From: Promethearchaeota archaeon
Lineage (GTDB): Archaea > Asgardarchaeota > Thorarchaeia > Thorarchaeales > Thorarchaeaceae
Direction: 5' to 3'
DNA length: 64,000 bases
Assembly (NCBI GenBank): GCA_014728035.1
Contig: WJMJ01000128.1
Location: 1-64,000 of the forward strand
Below, piece after piece: positions 49,881-59,287 of this stretch. The first letter of the stretch is position 1, and each line of letters starts with the position of its first letter. The notes beneath the pieces were generated by a model. That model had not been told where the DNA came from and did not search any database. It worked only from the letters and a program-made list of their open reading frames with translations. The translations under genes and the position numbers were made by a program.

Positions 49881-51299
49881 ATGTCCGATACAAAACCAAA
49901 ATACACTCCAAGAGGGTATCAAGAGTATATCCTTGATAGAATTGACGAGTACAAAGAAAGTAATCTGTTACTTGAACTTGACTGTGGTCTTGGAAAGAGG
50001 TTCATCACTCATCAGCTAGTAGTGGACCGATATCCAGATGCTAGATTCATAATAATTGTTCACTCATCATCATCTTTAGCTGAAACAGTAGACTACCTCA
50101 AAGGAGAATATGGTGGTCTCGAAGAAGATTTAGGTGAAATATCTTCTAGAGTGAGATCAGGAATTCGTAAATGGATTTTGAAAGAAAAAAGAGTTGTTGT
50201 TGCAACACCCCAGACACTTACAAATATAGTCAAACGAGATCCGGAAGTGCTTGATGATTTCGATATATTCCTGATAAATGAAGTTGATACACTAGTTCGA
50301 AGAACAAGTGGACGTACAGCACTGGTATTCCCTTGGCCCACTCTTTTAGCTCATTTGAGAGATAAATGGGTAATTGGAATGAGTGGAACACTCAGAGATG
50401 ACCATGCAGTCTTTACAAGGGAACAAGTTGAGATAAGAAAAGAGCTCAACACATTGAAAAAATACATCAAGAATTCTCAAGTCATTTCAATGGAAGACCT
50501 CTATGGTACAGATGTAGAACAGTATCTCGAACCCACCTTTCTAACGATGAAACGTGTCGTGGATGTACGAATAAGGTCGATATCAAAAGTGTTAGACGAG
50601 TTGATACGTACTACTAGGTCAGAGATATTTCACGAGTTGGGGGAGGAGGACAGTTTGCACCTTATTGATGGTGATGCAAGAAGAGTGCACATGATGCTTG
50701 AAAGACTACCAATTACAGAGGAGCTCAAAAGCAGATATTCAGGTCTTCTTATGTTGAGAAAGTATGTATTTGCTATGCCGCCAAAAAGATTCCTGAGAAT
50801 GTTCTACAATGACTATATGAAACACTACTTCAATGTGAGTGAGCTCCAACGAGTTTTGCCTACAATATCAGCTAAAGTAACAAAGGCACACAAGATAGCT
50901 GCGAAACATCAAAAGACCCTCATATTATCATCCTATCTAAGTATGGTCAAACAAGTCAAGCAAGTATTTGAAAAGTCTGGAATGCCAGTTCTTACAATCA
51001 CAGGAAAGACCAGAGATAAAGGAGAGGTCTTACGAGAATTCAAAGAGAATCCAGAAATTAGAGCGTTGGCAATGTCTCCAGTAGGAGAACGAGACCTCGA
51101 TATTCCTCAAGCAGAAATTATGGTGATTATGGATGCAATCAACACCAGTAAAACAATGTATCAAAAATTTAAGAGGACACGAGGAGGAGTCGTTGTACTT
51201 CTGGCATATGCCGGGACATCAGAAGAAATGAAGATGCAGCGACTCATGGACAACATCTTGAAGAAGTATCCATGGTCTACTGCAATACTTGATGAATAA
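49881..51299 (+). CDS. Hef/FANCM-like SF2 helicase with degenerate motifs
   Basis: PRGYQE, LDCGLGK, VATPQT, INEVD, GMSGT, VGERDLDIP, YQKFKRT. Confidence 0.75.
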   Translation: MSDTKPKYTPRGYQEYILDRIDEYKESNLLLELDCGLGKRFITHQLVVDRYPDARFIIIVHSSSSLAETVDYLKGEYGGLEEDLGEISSRVRSGIRKWILKEKRVVVATPQTLTNIVKRDPEVLDDFDIFLINEVDTLVRRTSGRTALVFPWPTLLAHLRDKWVIGMSGTLRDDHAVFTREQVEIRKELNTLKKYIKNSQVISMEDLYGTDVEQYLEPTFLTMKRVVDVRIRSISKVLDELIRTTRSEIFHELGEEDSLHLIDGDARRVHMMLERLPITEELKSRYSGLLMLRKYVFAMPPKRFLRMFYNDYMKHYFNVSELQRVLPTISAKVTKAHKIAAKHQKTLILSSYLSMVKQVKQVFEKSGMPVLTITGKTRDKGEVLREFKENPEIRALAMSPVGERDLDIPQAEIMVIMDAINTSKTMYQKFKRTRGGVVVLLAYAGTSEEMKMQRLMDNILKKYPWSTAILDE

Positions 51300-51307
51300 A
51301 CTAGAAA

Positions 51308-52219
51308 CTAGGTTTCAGCAACAAAAACCGATGAGAATAGGTCAAAGAGAGGTTCGAGGAACGAAGGTTCCAAATCGCTGTATACATGACGACACATTGC
51401 AATGAAATTCTGTGTCCGCTCCTCAGCATCTATTCCACTTTCAAGAACTTTCTTTGACTTCTTTGTCAGACTCTTCGTTATGGATTTGGCGTTCTTGTGC
51501 TCACCCAAGAGTTTCTTTGTGTCTTGTTCAATACGTTGAATTTGGCTTTTAATCCGAATATCTGCGAGTTTATCTGTGCCCATAGATTTCACCAAGTCCA
51601 TCAACACATCTAGAATAGCATTGTGAAGACCAGATGAAAGAGATTCTATCTCGTAGGCTGTAAATTTTACGCCACTGCCATCTACTCCAAGAGACCATTT
51701 CAAGTCACTCGTGCGTTTGATCCATAGTTCTTTTTGACCAATGTGAATGTGTTCTTCAAAGAATTTACTATCAAGACTCGATGCTAATGACACTTTCAAT
51801 AATGCCGCTTCTGGAAGACGAAGGCTGATTGAGTCTGAGTTGTTTTTAACGATCACACATTTTCCACCGCTAAGGGGAATTTTATGAGCATAGTCCGAGG
51901 AAGGAGCAACTTCTATTGGTGGGAGGTTTTTCAATAGATTGGCTAGTTCTCTAATCTCACTTTCCGTACATATGAAAGATTGCCCATCACCAGAAACAGT
52001 AATCATACCTTCATCAGAACGCTCAAACTCAATTTTGTTTCCACTTCCCACATCAGTAGTCTTTTTGTAGGTCTGCTTATAATTTCGTGCAGTTTGTGCG
52101 AGTTTGTCTAATGCAGCTGAAATCATATGAGCTTCGCCGTATCCTATAGCAATCTCCTCTTCACCAGATGATCCGCGACCTATTCCAACAGCACCATCAG
52201 TCCTTATCTTTACATACAT
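51308..52219 (-). CDS. Hypothetical protein with four beta-strand/helix repeats and a helical C-terminus
   Basis: Full-length ORF with repeating hxxxEhxxL helices. Confidence 0.7.
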   Translation of the reverse strand: MYVKIRTDGAVGIGRGSSGEEEIAIGYGEAHMISAALDKLAQTARNYKQTYKKTTDVGSGNKIEFERSDEGMITVSGDGQSFICTESEIRELANLLKNLPPIEVAPSSDYAHKIPLSGGKCVIVKNNSDSISLRLPEAALLKVSLASSLDSKFFEEHIHIGQKELWIKRTSDLKWSLGVDGSGVKFTAYEIESLSSGLHNAILDVLMDLVKSMGTDKLADIRIKSQIQRIEQDTKKLLGEHKNAKSITKSLTKKSKKVLESGIDAEERTQNFIAMCRHVYSDLEPSFLEPLFDLFSSVFVAET

Positions 52220-52283
52220 CGTTGAATACCACTAAAGAACGAGTATTCTTTACTCAAAACTATTGTGTATGTAATAATAAATA

Positions 52284-52320
52284 GAAAAAGAAGGAGTCTG
52301 CAGAAGGATGATCTTCTGCA
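52284..52320 (-). terminator. Hairpin plus U-tract terminator
   Basis: TGCAGAAG-N6-CTTCTGCA followed on the minus strand by CTCCTTCTTTTTC. Confidence 0.6.
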
Positions 52321-52328
52321 TTACTGAT

Positions 52329-52688
52329 TTAAATCGAATCTTTGACATCAAAAGCTAGATTTCCAGCTTCTTTTGTTTTTATTGAGATGTCAATTTTATG
52401 TTCGCCTTCTTCTAGTTGTTCTGCATGAATGTGAATTGCAATCTCAACACCAACTTTAATTGGAAAAGCATTACTCTCTGAAATTTCTGAAGCCATGACC
52501 TCAGCATCACCAGATTTCACATGAATAGTTTCTAGCGGATATTCAGTCCCATCTACTTTGATTGGAGTCATGCCAATTGCTGTGCCTGCAGAAAGAGAAT
52601 TTTTTATTTTAAAGACGAAGCCATCATCAGTGTTCTCTAAGCTTCCTTTCACGTAAAGCTTTCTTAGCAAGAATTTCGGTATTTGCAT
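52329..52688 (-). CDS. Conserved small beta-rich protein resembling a domain fused to some HMG-CoA reductases
   Basis: IPKFLLRKLYVKGSLEN..GF.FKIKN signature. Confidence 0.6.
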   Translation of the reverse strand: MQIPKFLLRKLYVKGSLENTDDGFVFKIKNSLSAGTAIGMTPIKVDGTEYPLETIHVKSGDAEVMASEISESNAFPIKVGVEIAIHIHAEQLEEGEHKIDISIKTKEAGNLAFDVKDSI

Positions 52689-52825
52689 ATTATTATTGAC
52701 CTTCCTCTAGATTGTTTACTAATTATTTCAAAGTCGTCGTACAGCTTTTATAGGTTCCGAACCATAGAAAAAGTGTTCTGAATTGACACTTTGAGAAAGA
52801 GAAGTATTATTGGAAAATTGTTTGG

Positions 52826-53926
52826 ATGGTTCAGAACACTGTCATAGCAGCGGGAGATAACACAGTAATGGCCGAAAAAACCGATATTGTTTCACAATTT
52901 CGTTGTCAACAATGCAATGCACCATATCCTCTGGGAGCTGATGATGTAATAGCTACATGTCCATATTGTGGTTATACATTTGAAGTTGGGGGAGATGAAA
53001 TAGCATCTCATTTAATCCAGAAGAACCAGCTTTCCACGAAGAAGGTAGTAGAACTAACAAAGACCTGGTTAGAATTTGCAGCAGATAAGACTGTTGGGAA
53101 GGGGATAATGAAAGATATCAAAATAGGAAAACCCGTTCTTCAGTGGATACCGACTTTCAAAGTTGATGCGTTCTGTAGCAAGTATCATCTTGGCGGAAAA
53201 AAAATCAAAAGAGGGAATGAAAAAGTCTGGAAGAAAATTGAAGGTTCCGAGAACACTAGGGAGAATGAATGGGTTCTGGCAAGACGCCATGCTGCATCTT
53301 TTGGTATTAGAGAATTTATTGGTACTTTAGATAATGCTGAGATACATGATTTCTCCATAGACCTAACAGACAACTTTCCTGTGCTAAATGCGGAAATAGT
53401 CATTGATGACGCTGAACGTCGAGCACATCTGTTGAAAACACGTCGAGAGAGAGATCAATTAAAGGAAGAAATGGATGAATTATTTGATTATCGACTAACT
53501 ATGGACATTAAAAATTGTGATTATATCCATGTACCATACTGGTTAGTTCGTTACAATTACAGGAATGGAACATTTCGAGTTGCAATATCGGGGTCAACTG
53601 CTGAAGTTGTGCTTGGAGAATTACCGGTTACGAAACAATACAGGATTAAGAAATGGGCAATCAGCTTGGGCATGCTTATTATTTCAGCACTTTCTATGCA
53701 GGCTCTGCCGTACTCGGTTTTTCTAATTGCGCTGGGAGATGGCGACTCAGATGCGTGGATTATCCCTCTTATTATCGCAGCAATTGGAATAATGACTTTC
53801 GTGGCTGCAGTAGTTTTAGTAGCTAACGTACTGAAATATGAAATTCAAGTTGATGCAGATGGAGAAGAGAGAGAAGAAGAGTCTGATTTGCCATTAACAC
53901 TCAAAGACATTGGAGGATTTTTCTAA
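52826..53926 (+). CDS. Zn-ribbon protein with two C-terminal TM helices
   Basis: CQQCNAP...CPYCG; HVPYWLVRY.Y; ISGSTAEVVLGELP. Confidence 0.8.
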   Translation: MVQNTVIAAGDNTVMAEKTDIVSQFRCQQCNAPYPLGADDVIATCPYCGYTFEVGGDEIASHLIQKNQLSTKKVVELTKTWLEFAADKTVGKGIMKDIKIGKPVLQWIPTFKVDAFCSKYHLGGKKIKRGNEKVWKKIEGSENTRENEWVLARRHAASFGIREFIGTLDNAEIHDFSIDLTDNFPVLNAEIVIDDAERRAHLLKTRRERDQLKEEMDELFDYRLTMDIKNCDYIHVPYWLVRYNYRNGTFRVAISGSTAEVVLGELPVTKQYRIKKWAISLGMLIISALSMQALPYSVFLIALGDGDSDAWIIPLIIAAIGIMTFVAAVVLVANVLKYEIQVDADGEEREEESDLPLTLKDIGGFF

Positions 53927-54903
53927 TGAGCTCGATTAATTGCCCAAATTGTGCAGGTAATATAGAGATACCTAAACAAAGTAACACCGTCGTTTGCCCA
54001 TATTGCAATACAACAGTTCAGGTGAAAACTGGAGAGATTATCAAAGAAAGCTATCTTATGCGTCTTCAATTCGATATCAAAGCAATAAGAGAGAAAACAT
54101 TTAGTTGGGCAGCAAAACAACTTGGCGCACCAGACGATATCGAAGAGAAGGCGGAGATAATAGAGAAGGAATTGGTCTACTGGCCTTTCTGGGTAGTCGA
54201 AGTTGAAGCTAAAGCCGAATACGGTGGAAATCAGAAGATACCCAAGTTTGGAAGCTCAACTGGATTAACTAAGATGGGGTGGATAGAAACCTATGAAAAA
54301 GATAACCTTGACATGGAAGAAGATATTTTTGTCCCAGCAACAAAAGACACCCCTAAAGTATTAGAATCATACATTATTCCGACAAAAAGAAAGGAGTATT
54401 TTACGAAGGATACCATTCTTGAACAACAAGCTACGACTCGTCCAATTCAAGTAAATCGAGAAAATGCTATGAAACAGGCAAAGAAGAAAATGGAAAAGAT
54501 TCTTCGAGATGAAGCTTATGAAGAAGTGGATGAAATCGTACATTTTAGCTCTGAAATGAATATTCCAGCGGTATTCCTAGTGCATGTTCCAATCTGGCAT
54601 ATAAAATACAAATATTCCATCAGAACATATGATGCAATGATAGATGGAGCTTCAGGTCGAATTATCAAGCTCGCATTTCCACGAAAAATGGCATTCCGGG
54701 CTATGGTGTTTACTGGAGGAATACTCCATCTAGTAATTGGTGGTGGAATTGGTTTGATTCTGGCGTATGTCGGCATTTTTGTCTTGGATGGGTTATTCCC
54801 CACTATATTTGGAGCTACATTTGGTTTGGGTATGCTAGCATTCAGCCTACGATTTTTCAGAACCGCAATTACACTCGAATCGGAGGAAGAAATCGCAAGC
54901 TAA
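53926..54903 (+). CDS. Paralogous Zn-ribbon protein with two C-terminal TM helices
   Basis: CPNCAG...CPYCN; HVPIWHIKY.Y; IDGASGRII; TAATG coupling to the upstream gene. Confidence 0.8.
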   Translation: MSSINCPNCAGNIEIPKQSNTVVCPYCNTTVQVKTGEIIKESYLMRLQFDIKAIREKTFSWAAKQLGAPDDIEEKAEIIEKELVYWPFWVVEVEAKAEYGGNQKIPKFGSSTGLTKMGWIETYEKDNLDMEEDIFVPATKDTPKVLESYIIPTKRKEYFTKDTILEQQATTRPIQVNRENAMKQAKKKMEKILRDEAYEEVDEIVHFSSEMNIPAVFLVHVPIWHIKYKYSIRTYDAMIDGASGRIIKLAFPRKMAFRAMVFTGGILHLVIGGGIGLILAYVGIFVLDGLFPTIFGATFGLGMLAFSLRFFRTAITLESEEEIAS

Positions 54904-54928
54904 CCTGTAGATGAAAATCGCAAGAAGA

Positions 54929-56548
54929 TTATAGTGAATCAAGATGGTCAAACCATCTTGTTGTATCTCGACTAGCTGGCATCCATGCCCCAGTTCGATC
55001 ATCCCAATCATCTATCCATAGTGCTAGATGGTATGCACCATGATATCGTTGACCAAGAACATGAATCTCAGGAGGTGGGGTCAGCTTTGCCATAGCAGAT
55101 GCGAATCCATGAATACCACCTTGAGGGAGAAAGGTGCGCATCAATAAACGGTTAGTAGTATCAAAGTCAACATATGCAACAGGTAATCTAAGAGATAATG
55201 CACCACATATCTTCGCTGTATCAGGATTGTTTGCAATGACCAGTGCGGATTCGTTTAATCCTACATGATGTATCTCCCAAATTTTTCTTATCACATCTTC
55301 ATCTTTTAGTCTGCTCAATCTAGTAGTGATATCAGATGACCGTCCACGTATTTCTTTTCGGAGTTCTCGAACTGTTTTGTATCCTTTTTCAAATGCAGAT
55401 AGTAAACGAATATCTCTTTCATCCAAATCAACTGGAGAAGGGGCATCTTCTGTTACTAGAGGAAAAACAGGAGCCCACTCATCCCTCTGCAATAAATCAG
55501 ATTCAAGAGATATCGCATTCCAATCCATCCGCCAGATTCCATTGTCGGGGTCATAAGAGTCCAAACTAATTGTCCGAGCAGACCGATGACGTTCAAAGAC
55601 ATTTACGAATATGCCAATACGCTTTACCGATTGGATAAACCTGTGAAGATCAAGAATATTCTCGGAGTTATCAGGTATCGCTAAAGTAGCAAAAAGACCT
55701 CTCTTTCCAGTTACTACCGCATTTGAAGTGTATAGATAGGGACACCAATTTAGAACACTTACGCAATCAGAATAAGACGCTTGTCCAGGTTCCAGTACAA
55801 CTTGAAAGACTCTGATTCCGATTTTAGAATAGACAACAGACTCGAATTCTCTTAGTTGTCTGCGTTTTTTCATTGCTGAAATTAATGTGCTGACCCATAC
55901 CTGAGATATATCTGCTCTTTTTCCAATTTCGGTCTTTGAAATTTCTGGATTGCGCATCAATTCATCAATTATAGTGATTTCTGCTGAAGATAAAGCGCTT
56001 GAATAATTGCTTGCAAACCGATACAAGAAAAGCTGCCAATCGGAGATGGTGAGGTCAATCCCATAACGAGAATTTTTCAATATTGAATCCACCAACTCAT
56101 CCAAGGCATCCTCACCATCAAGATTGTAGAGAGAGGCAAAAGTCATTGATGGAGAATATACTGTCTGATGAGATGTGTCAATAGGAGGTTTGGTTTCATT
56201 CCATAAGGAATACCAAGTTTTAGATTGTTTTACAAATTCTCTACCAAAAGCAGCGGCGAGATTGTAACATACTTCATTGTTTTTGATAATTTTCAGAAGT
56301 GAGCAACGTAGAATTTCACGTGCTAACACCCCTCGAAGGAAAGGATGTTTTTGAAAATCACATTCTGGAACAAGTATCCGATCATTATCCAAAGATATCC
56401 TCCATAATGATTCAGGTGTAGAGTTCATATTCGCATCAAAATCTATTGTTGGAGATATAGGTGGAATATGAAACCGCTCAATAATAATTTGTTTAATATC
56501 TTCCAACCATTTTCTTAGCAGGTCTGCTGAATTCTCGTCGTGTCCCAT
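54929..56548 (-). CDS. Multidomain regulator with N-terminal domain and two wHTH/Lrp-like modules
   Basis: HTH1 IIDELMRNPEISKTEIGKRADIS; HTH2 LDERDIRLL..TVRELRKEI; repeated YDPDNGIW/WDDRTGAW. Confidence 0.65.
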   Translation of the reverse strand: MGHDENSADLLRKWLEDIKQIIIERFHIPPISPTIDFDANMNSTPESLWRISLDNDRILVPECDFQKHPFLRGVLAREILRCSLLKIIKNNEVCYNLAAAFGREFVKQSKTWYSLWNETKPPIDTSHQTVYSPSMTFASLYNLDGEDALDELVDSILKNSRYGIDLTISDWQLFLYRFASNYSSALSSAEITIIDELMRNPEISKTEIGKRADISQVWVSTLISAMKKRRQLREFESVVYSKIGIRVFQVVLEPGQASYSDCVSVLNWCPYLYTSNAVVTGKRGLFATLAIPDNSENILDLHRFIQSVKRIGIFVNVFERHRSARTISLDSYDPDNGIWRMDWNAISLESDLLQRDEWAPVFPLVTEDAPSPVDLDERDIRLLSAFEKGYKTVRELRKEIRGRSSDITTRLSRLKDEDVIRKIWEIHHVGLNESALVIANNPDTAKICGALSLRLPVAYVDFDTTNRLLMRTFLPQGGIHGFASAMAKLTPPPEIHVLGQRYHGAYHLALWIDDWDDRTGAWMPASRDTTRWFDHLDSL

Positions 56549-57201
56549 GTTGAATCATTTTCCTGCCATTGTTGTGCGATCTTAAGTATAACTTTTCCAA
56601 GTGCTGTGATTCGAGTTATTCTTCGTCTGCCATGTTTCTGGACTTCAACATAACCAGCATCTCTCAAATCCCGAACATGCTCAGAGATGGATGATGCTTC
56701 CAAGTCTGTGCGAGAGCCTAACTCTTTATTTGACGTGATTTGCTCATTCGGCTTAGAAAGAATTTGCTTAAGAATATTCTTTTTTGGTTTAGTCAACATC
56801 TGCCGTTTCTTTGGAAATAGATCAACTAGATGATATTGAGAATCAGCAGGCTTTCCCAATACTGTCAAATGTAAGATGCTCTCAGAATATTGAGCAGCCA
56901 TACAAAAAGCTGTAACCATTATCTGATTGCTAGAACATGGTGCAAAGTGAACTTCTGATTCCCGATACAGATATGCAATATCTAGTAAGGTAGATAGTAT
57001 ATCGTGATAGTCAACCGGTTGAACTTGATACGAGTCTGTATCAACAAGTTTTCTGAAATCATTTTTGATTTGCAAAACATATTCTCTAAGCTCAGCAGAA
57101 TGAACGAATACAACAATACTACATTTACGTTGTAAAAGTATGCATTGAACCGCTTCAAAATTCCCTGTGTCCACAGACACAACTTGAACAATTTTTCTCA
57201 A
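56515..57201 (-). CDS. Csa3/DUF6293-like CARF-fold plus wHTH regulator
   Basis: Rossmann-like N-terminus (VDYHDIL...EVHF..SS.QIMV.A.CMAA); SNKELG...SSISEHVRDLRDAGYV...GRRR..RIT.LG. Confidence 0.7.
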   Translation of the reverse strand: MRKIVQVVSVDTGNFEAVQCILLQRKCSIVVFVHSAELREYVLQIKNDFRKLVDTDSYQVQPVDYHDILSTLLDIAYLYRESEVHFAPCSSNQIMVTAFCMAAQYSESILHLTVLGKPADSQYHLVDLFPKKRQMLTKPKKNILKQILSKPNEQITSNKELGSRTDLEASSISEHVRDLRDAGYVEVQKHGRRRITRITALGKVILKIAQQWQENDSTWDTTRIQQTC

Positions 57202-57384
57202 ACTCCACCCACCAACACTTCGGTGTTATTTCCGAACTTGGCATACTAATCCGAATTTCGTTACCCGGATCGAAAATCGGACCTACTGTTTCCTTGCTGT
57301 TTGAGAGATGCTATTCCTTGATAATAATGATATCAAGGTTTGACCCAAAGGGTCCAGAAGATCCCCCCTGGTAATCTAATGCAA

Positions 57385-57421
57385 ACGTGAACAATAATTG
57401 TTCACGTATCTCTCTTTTTTT
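57385..57421 (+). terminator. Perfect hairpin plus T-tract
   Basis: ACGTGAACAA-TAA-TTGTTCACGT followed by ATCTCTCTTTTTTT. Confidence 0.6.
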
Positions 57422-57853
57422 GTGGTGGCAAGTATTAATATATTGAGTACAGGTAATAAATTCTCAACTCGGATATTCTGAGCTGAATTTACAAATAAAA
57501 ATACAGAAGTTCCAAAAACTCATTTTCTGGAAACAATATCATAGTGTTTTGAAATTCTAGTTTATAGATGTTACCGGAATTCAATCGAAGATCCTTTTCA
57601 TCAGATTCCGACGAGAAAATAATAGGTCTAGAGCGCCTCTAGAGCCGTTTTAGGCGATTGATGGTGGACACTTTTTCACTTATATTAGAAATTACCATAC
57701 TTAATGTGTAATTATCGGTGTTTCTAATCGATATATGGAGTCGTAACGAAAATTTTGTGTAATCGTGGGGGGGCCTTTTCCTCCAAGATTCTTTAGATGA
57801 TTTTTGTGATATAGAGAACAATAATACAAGAAAGAAGATACCAAGCACTCTTA

Positions 57854-58441
57854 TTATTTCAGAGCATCCACTTCCGCAGCTGATTGAATCCAAAAACCAA
57901 CTCGAACCAATACCTCTTCTAGGAAGCGAGGCATGTTATCAGGCTTGGCATCTTCTGGAAAACGGTAGCTCCGATACTCGTTGAATTTTTTAAACGTTTT
58001 ACCATATTTGGTATCCAAAGGTAATTTTACCTTCTTGTCGCATACCACTGCTAAAGCACGAATTAGAGTTATGTAATCGAAATCCAAGGCAAGAAGCCAT
58101 TTTCGCAAGATTGGATAGTACTTTGTTTGATCAATCTTATCCCAAGGTAAGGACTTGAGTTCTTCTCGGTTTTTTGTCATTACTCGTTCCGAGTTAAAAC
58201 TGCATTTCTTATCATAGGGGCATCTCGCTCGTGCATACACCTGCTTATTTGCAATCCATACTACAATTTCATGGACCGCCTTTGTTTGTAATTTCTCTTT
58301 GTGTTTATCTGCTGGTAAAATCATCTCAATAACACGCGAGTCTTTGAATGGAGCGCCTTTTTTGAAATACAGACTAAGAGCCCATGCGAGTGCAGGCAAA
58401 GTATTAACTGGATAGTATTCATCAGGATCTGGCATTGTCAT
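57854..58441 (-). CDS. Hypothetical basic protein
   Basis: 195-aa ORF with normal codon usage; no motif recognised. Confidence 0.7.
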   Translation of the reverse strand: MTMPDPDEYYPVNTLPALAWALSLYFKKGAPFKDSRVIEMILPADKHKEKLQTKAVHEIVVWIANKQVYARARCPYDKKCSFNSERVMTKNREELKSLPWDKIDQTKYYPILRKWLLALDFDYITLIRALAVVCDKKVKLPLDTKYGKTFKKFNEYRSYRFPEDAKPDNMPRFLEEVLVRVGFWIQSAAEVDALK

Positions 58442-58612
58442 TCCAGACCATACAAAACTCCTTGATATGATTTAGGGTGTTTGACAGTCCCTGAAAACTT
58501 GGACAACGGAAGGTTCCTACTGCAAGGAAAAATGTATGTTTTCAAAATGGAATGACGATTCTTAGCACACTGCTCTGAGTAGTGTGTTACAAATAAGACA
58601 AAGGAAATATAT

Positions 58613-59155
58613 TCACTCTTTCTGACGTTCTTCAACAAGCGTCTTTGCTAATTGTTCAAAGATGTCAACAATTCCTTGTCCTGTCTTCGCACTTGACTCA
58701 ACATAAGGCATGTCATGACGTTCTGCGAATTCTTTGCCCTCTGCAGGGTCTACAACACGATCTGGTAGGTCTGTTTTATTAGCAACAAGAACTAAAGGTA
58801 TTTTCTTTCCTAGTGCTTTCTCTAATTCATTCAGCCATTCTTCAAGAACGATAAACGTTCTTCGTCGACTAACATCATAGACGAGAATTCCACCACTAGA
58901 CCCACGATAGTACATTGGACGTAGAATCTGAAAACGAGACTGGCCAGCAACATCCCAAATTTGAAGTTTTACTGTTAGAGGATCACCACTACGGGAAGGG
59001 ATCTCAAGGTTCTTCACGGCAAATTGAGAGCCGATTGTTGTCTTGTAATCTGTACGGAAAAATCCATGAGAGAAGCGTGTAACAATAGCAGTCTTACCTA
59101 CTGCTCCTTCCCCTAGCACAACCACCTTAAACAGGAAATCATAGCTACTACTCAC
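58613..59155 (-). CDS. Rab-like small GTPase (GTG start after GAGG SD)
   Basis: YDFLFKVVVLGEGAVGKT, TIGSQF, KLQIWDVAGQ, YYRGS, LVYDVS, NKTD, ESSAK; no C-terminal Cys. Confidence 0.93.
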   Translation of the reverse strand: MSSSYDFLFKVVVLGEGAVGKTAIVTRFSHGFFRTDYKTTIGSQFAVKNLEIPSRSGDPLTVKLQIWDVAGQSRFQILRPMYYRGSSGGILVYDVSRRRTFIVLEEWLNELEKALGKKIPLVLVANKTDLPDRVVDPAEGKEFAERHDMPYVESSAKTGQGIVDIFEQLAKTLVEERQKE

Positions 59156-59287
59156 GTGAACGCCTCGTTTGATTTTATAGGGAGTGGTCGAATCGAAATT
59201 CGACAATAACTTGTCCAAATCGTCAAGAAATGGCAAGTGTTCTCTAGCGATTTTAAGAGGGATAGCATCTAATAAGCTTTCGCGAGC

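Noticed and set aside
57202-57850. Possible CRISPR array near the Csa3-like gene
   Set aside because: No regularly spaced direct repeats; only short palindromes.
57639-57893. 84-aa ORF
   Set aside because: Overlaps the upstream gene end, with no SD or motif; likely spurious.
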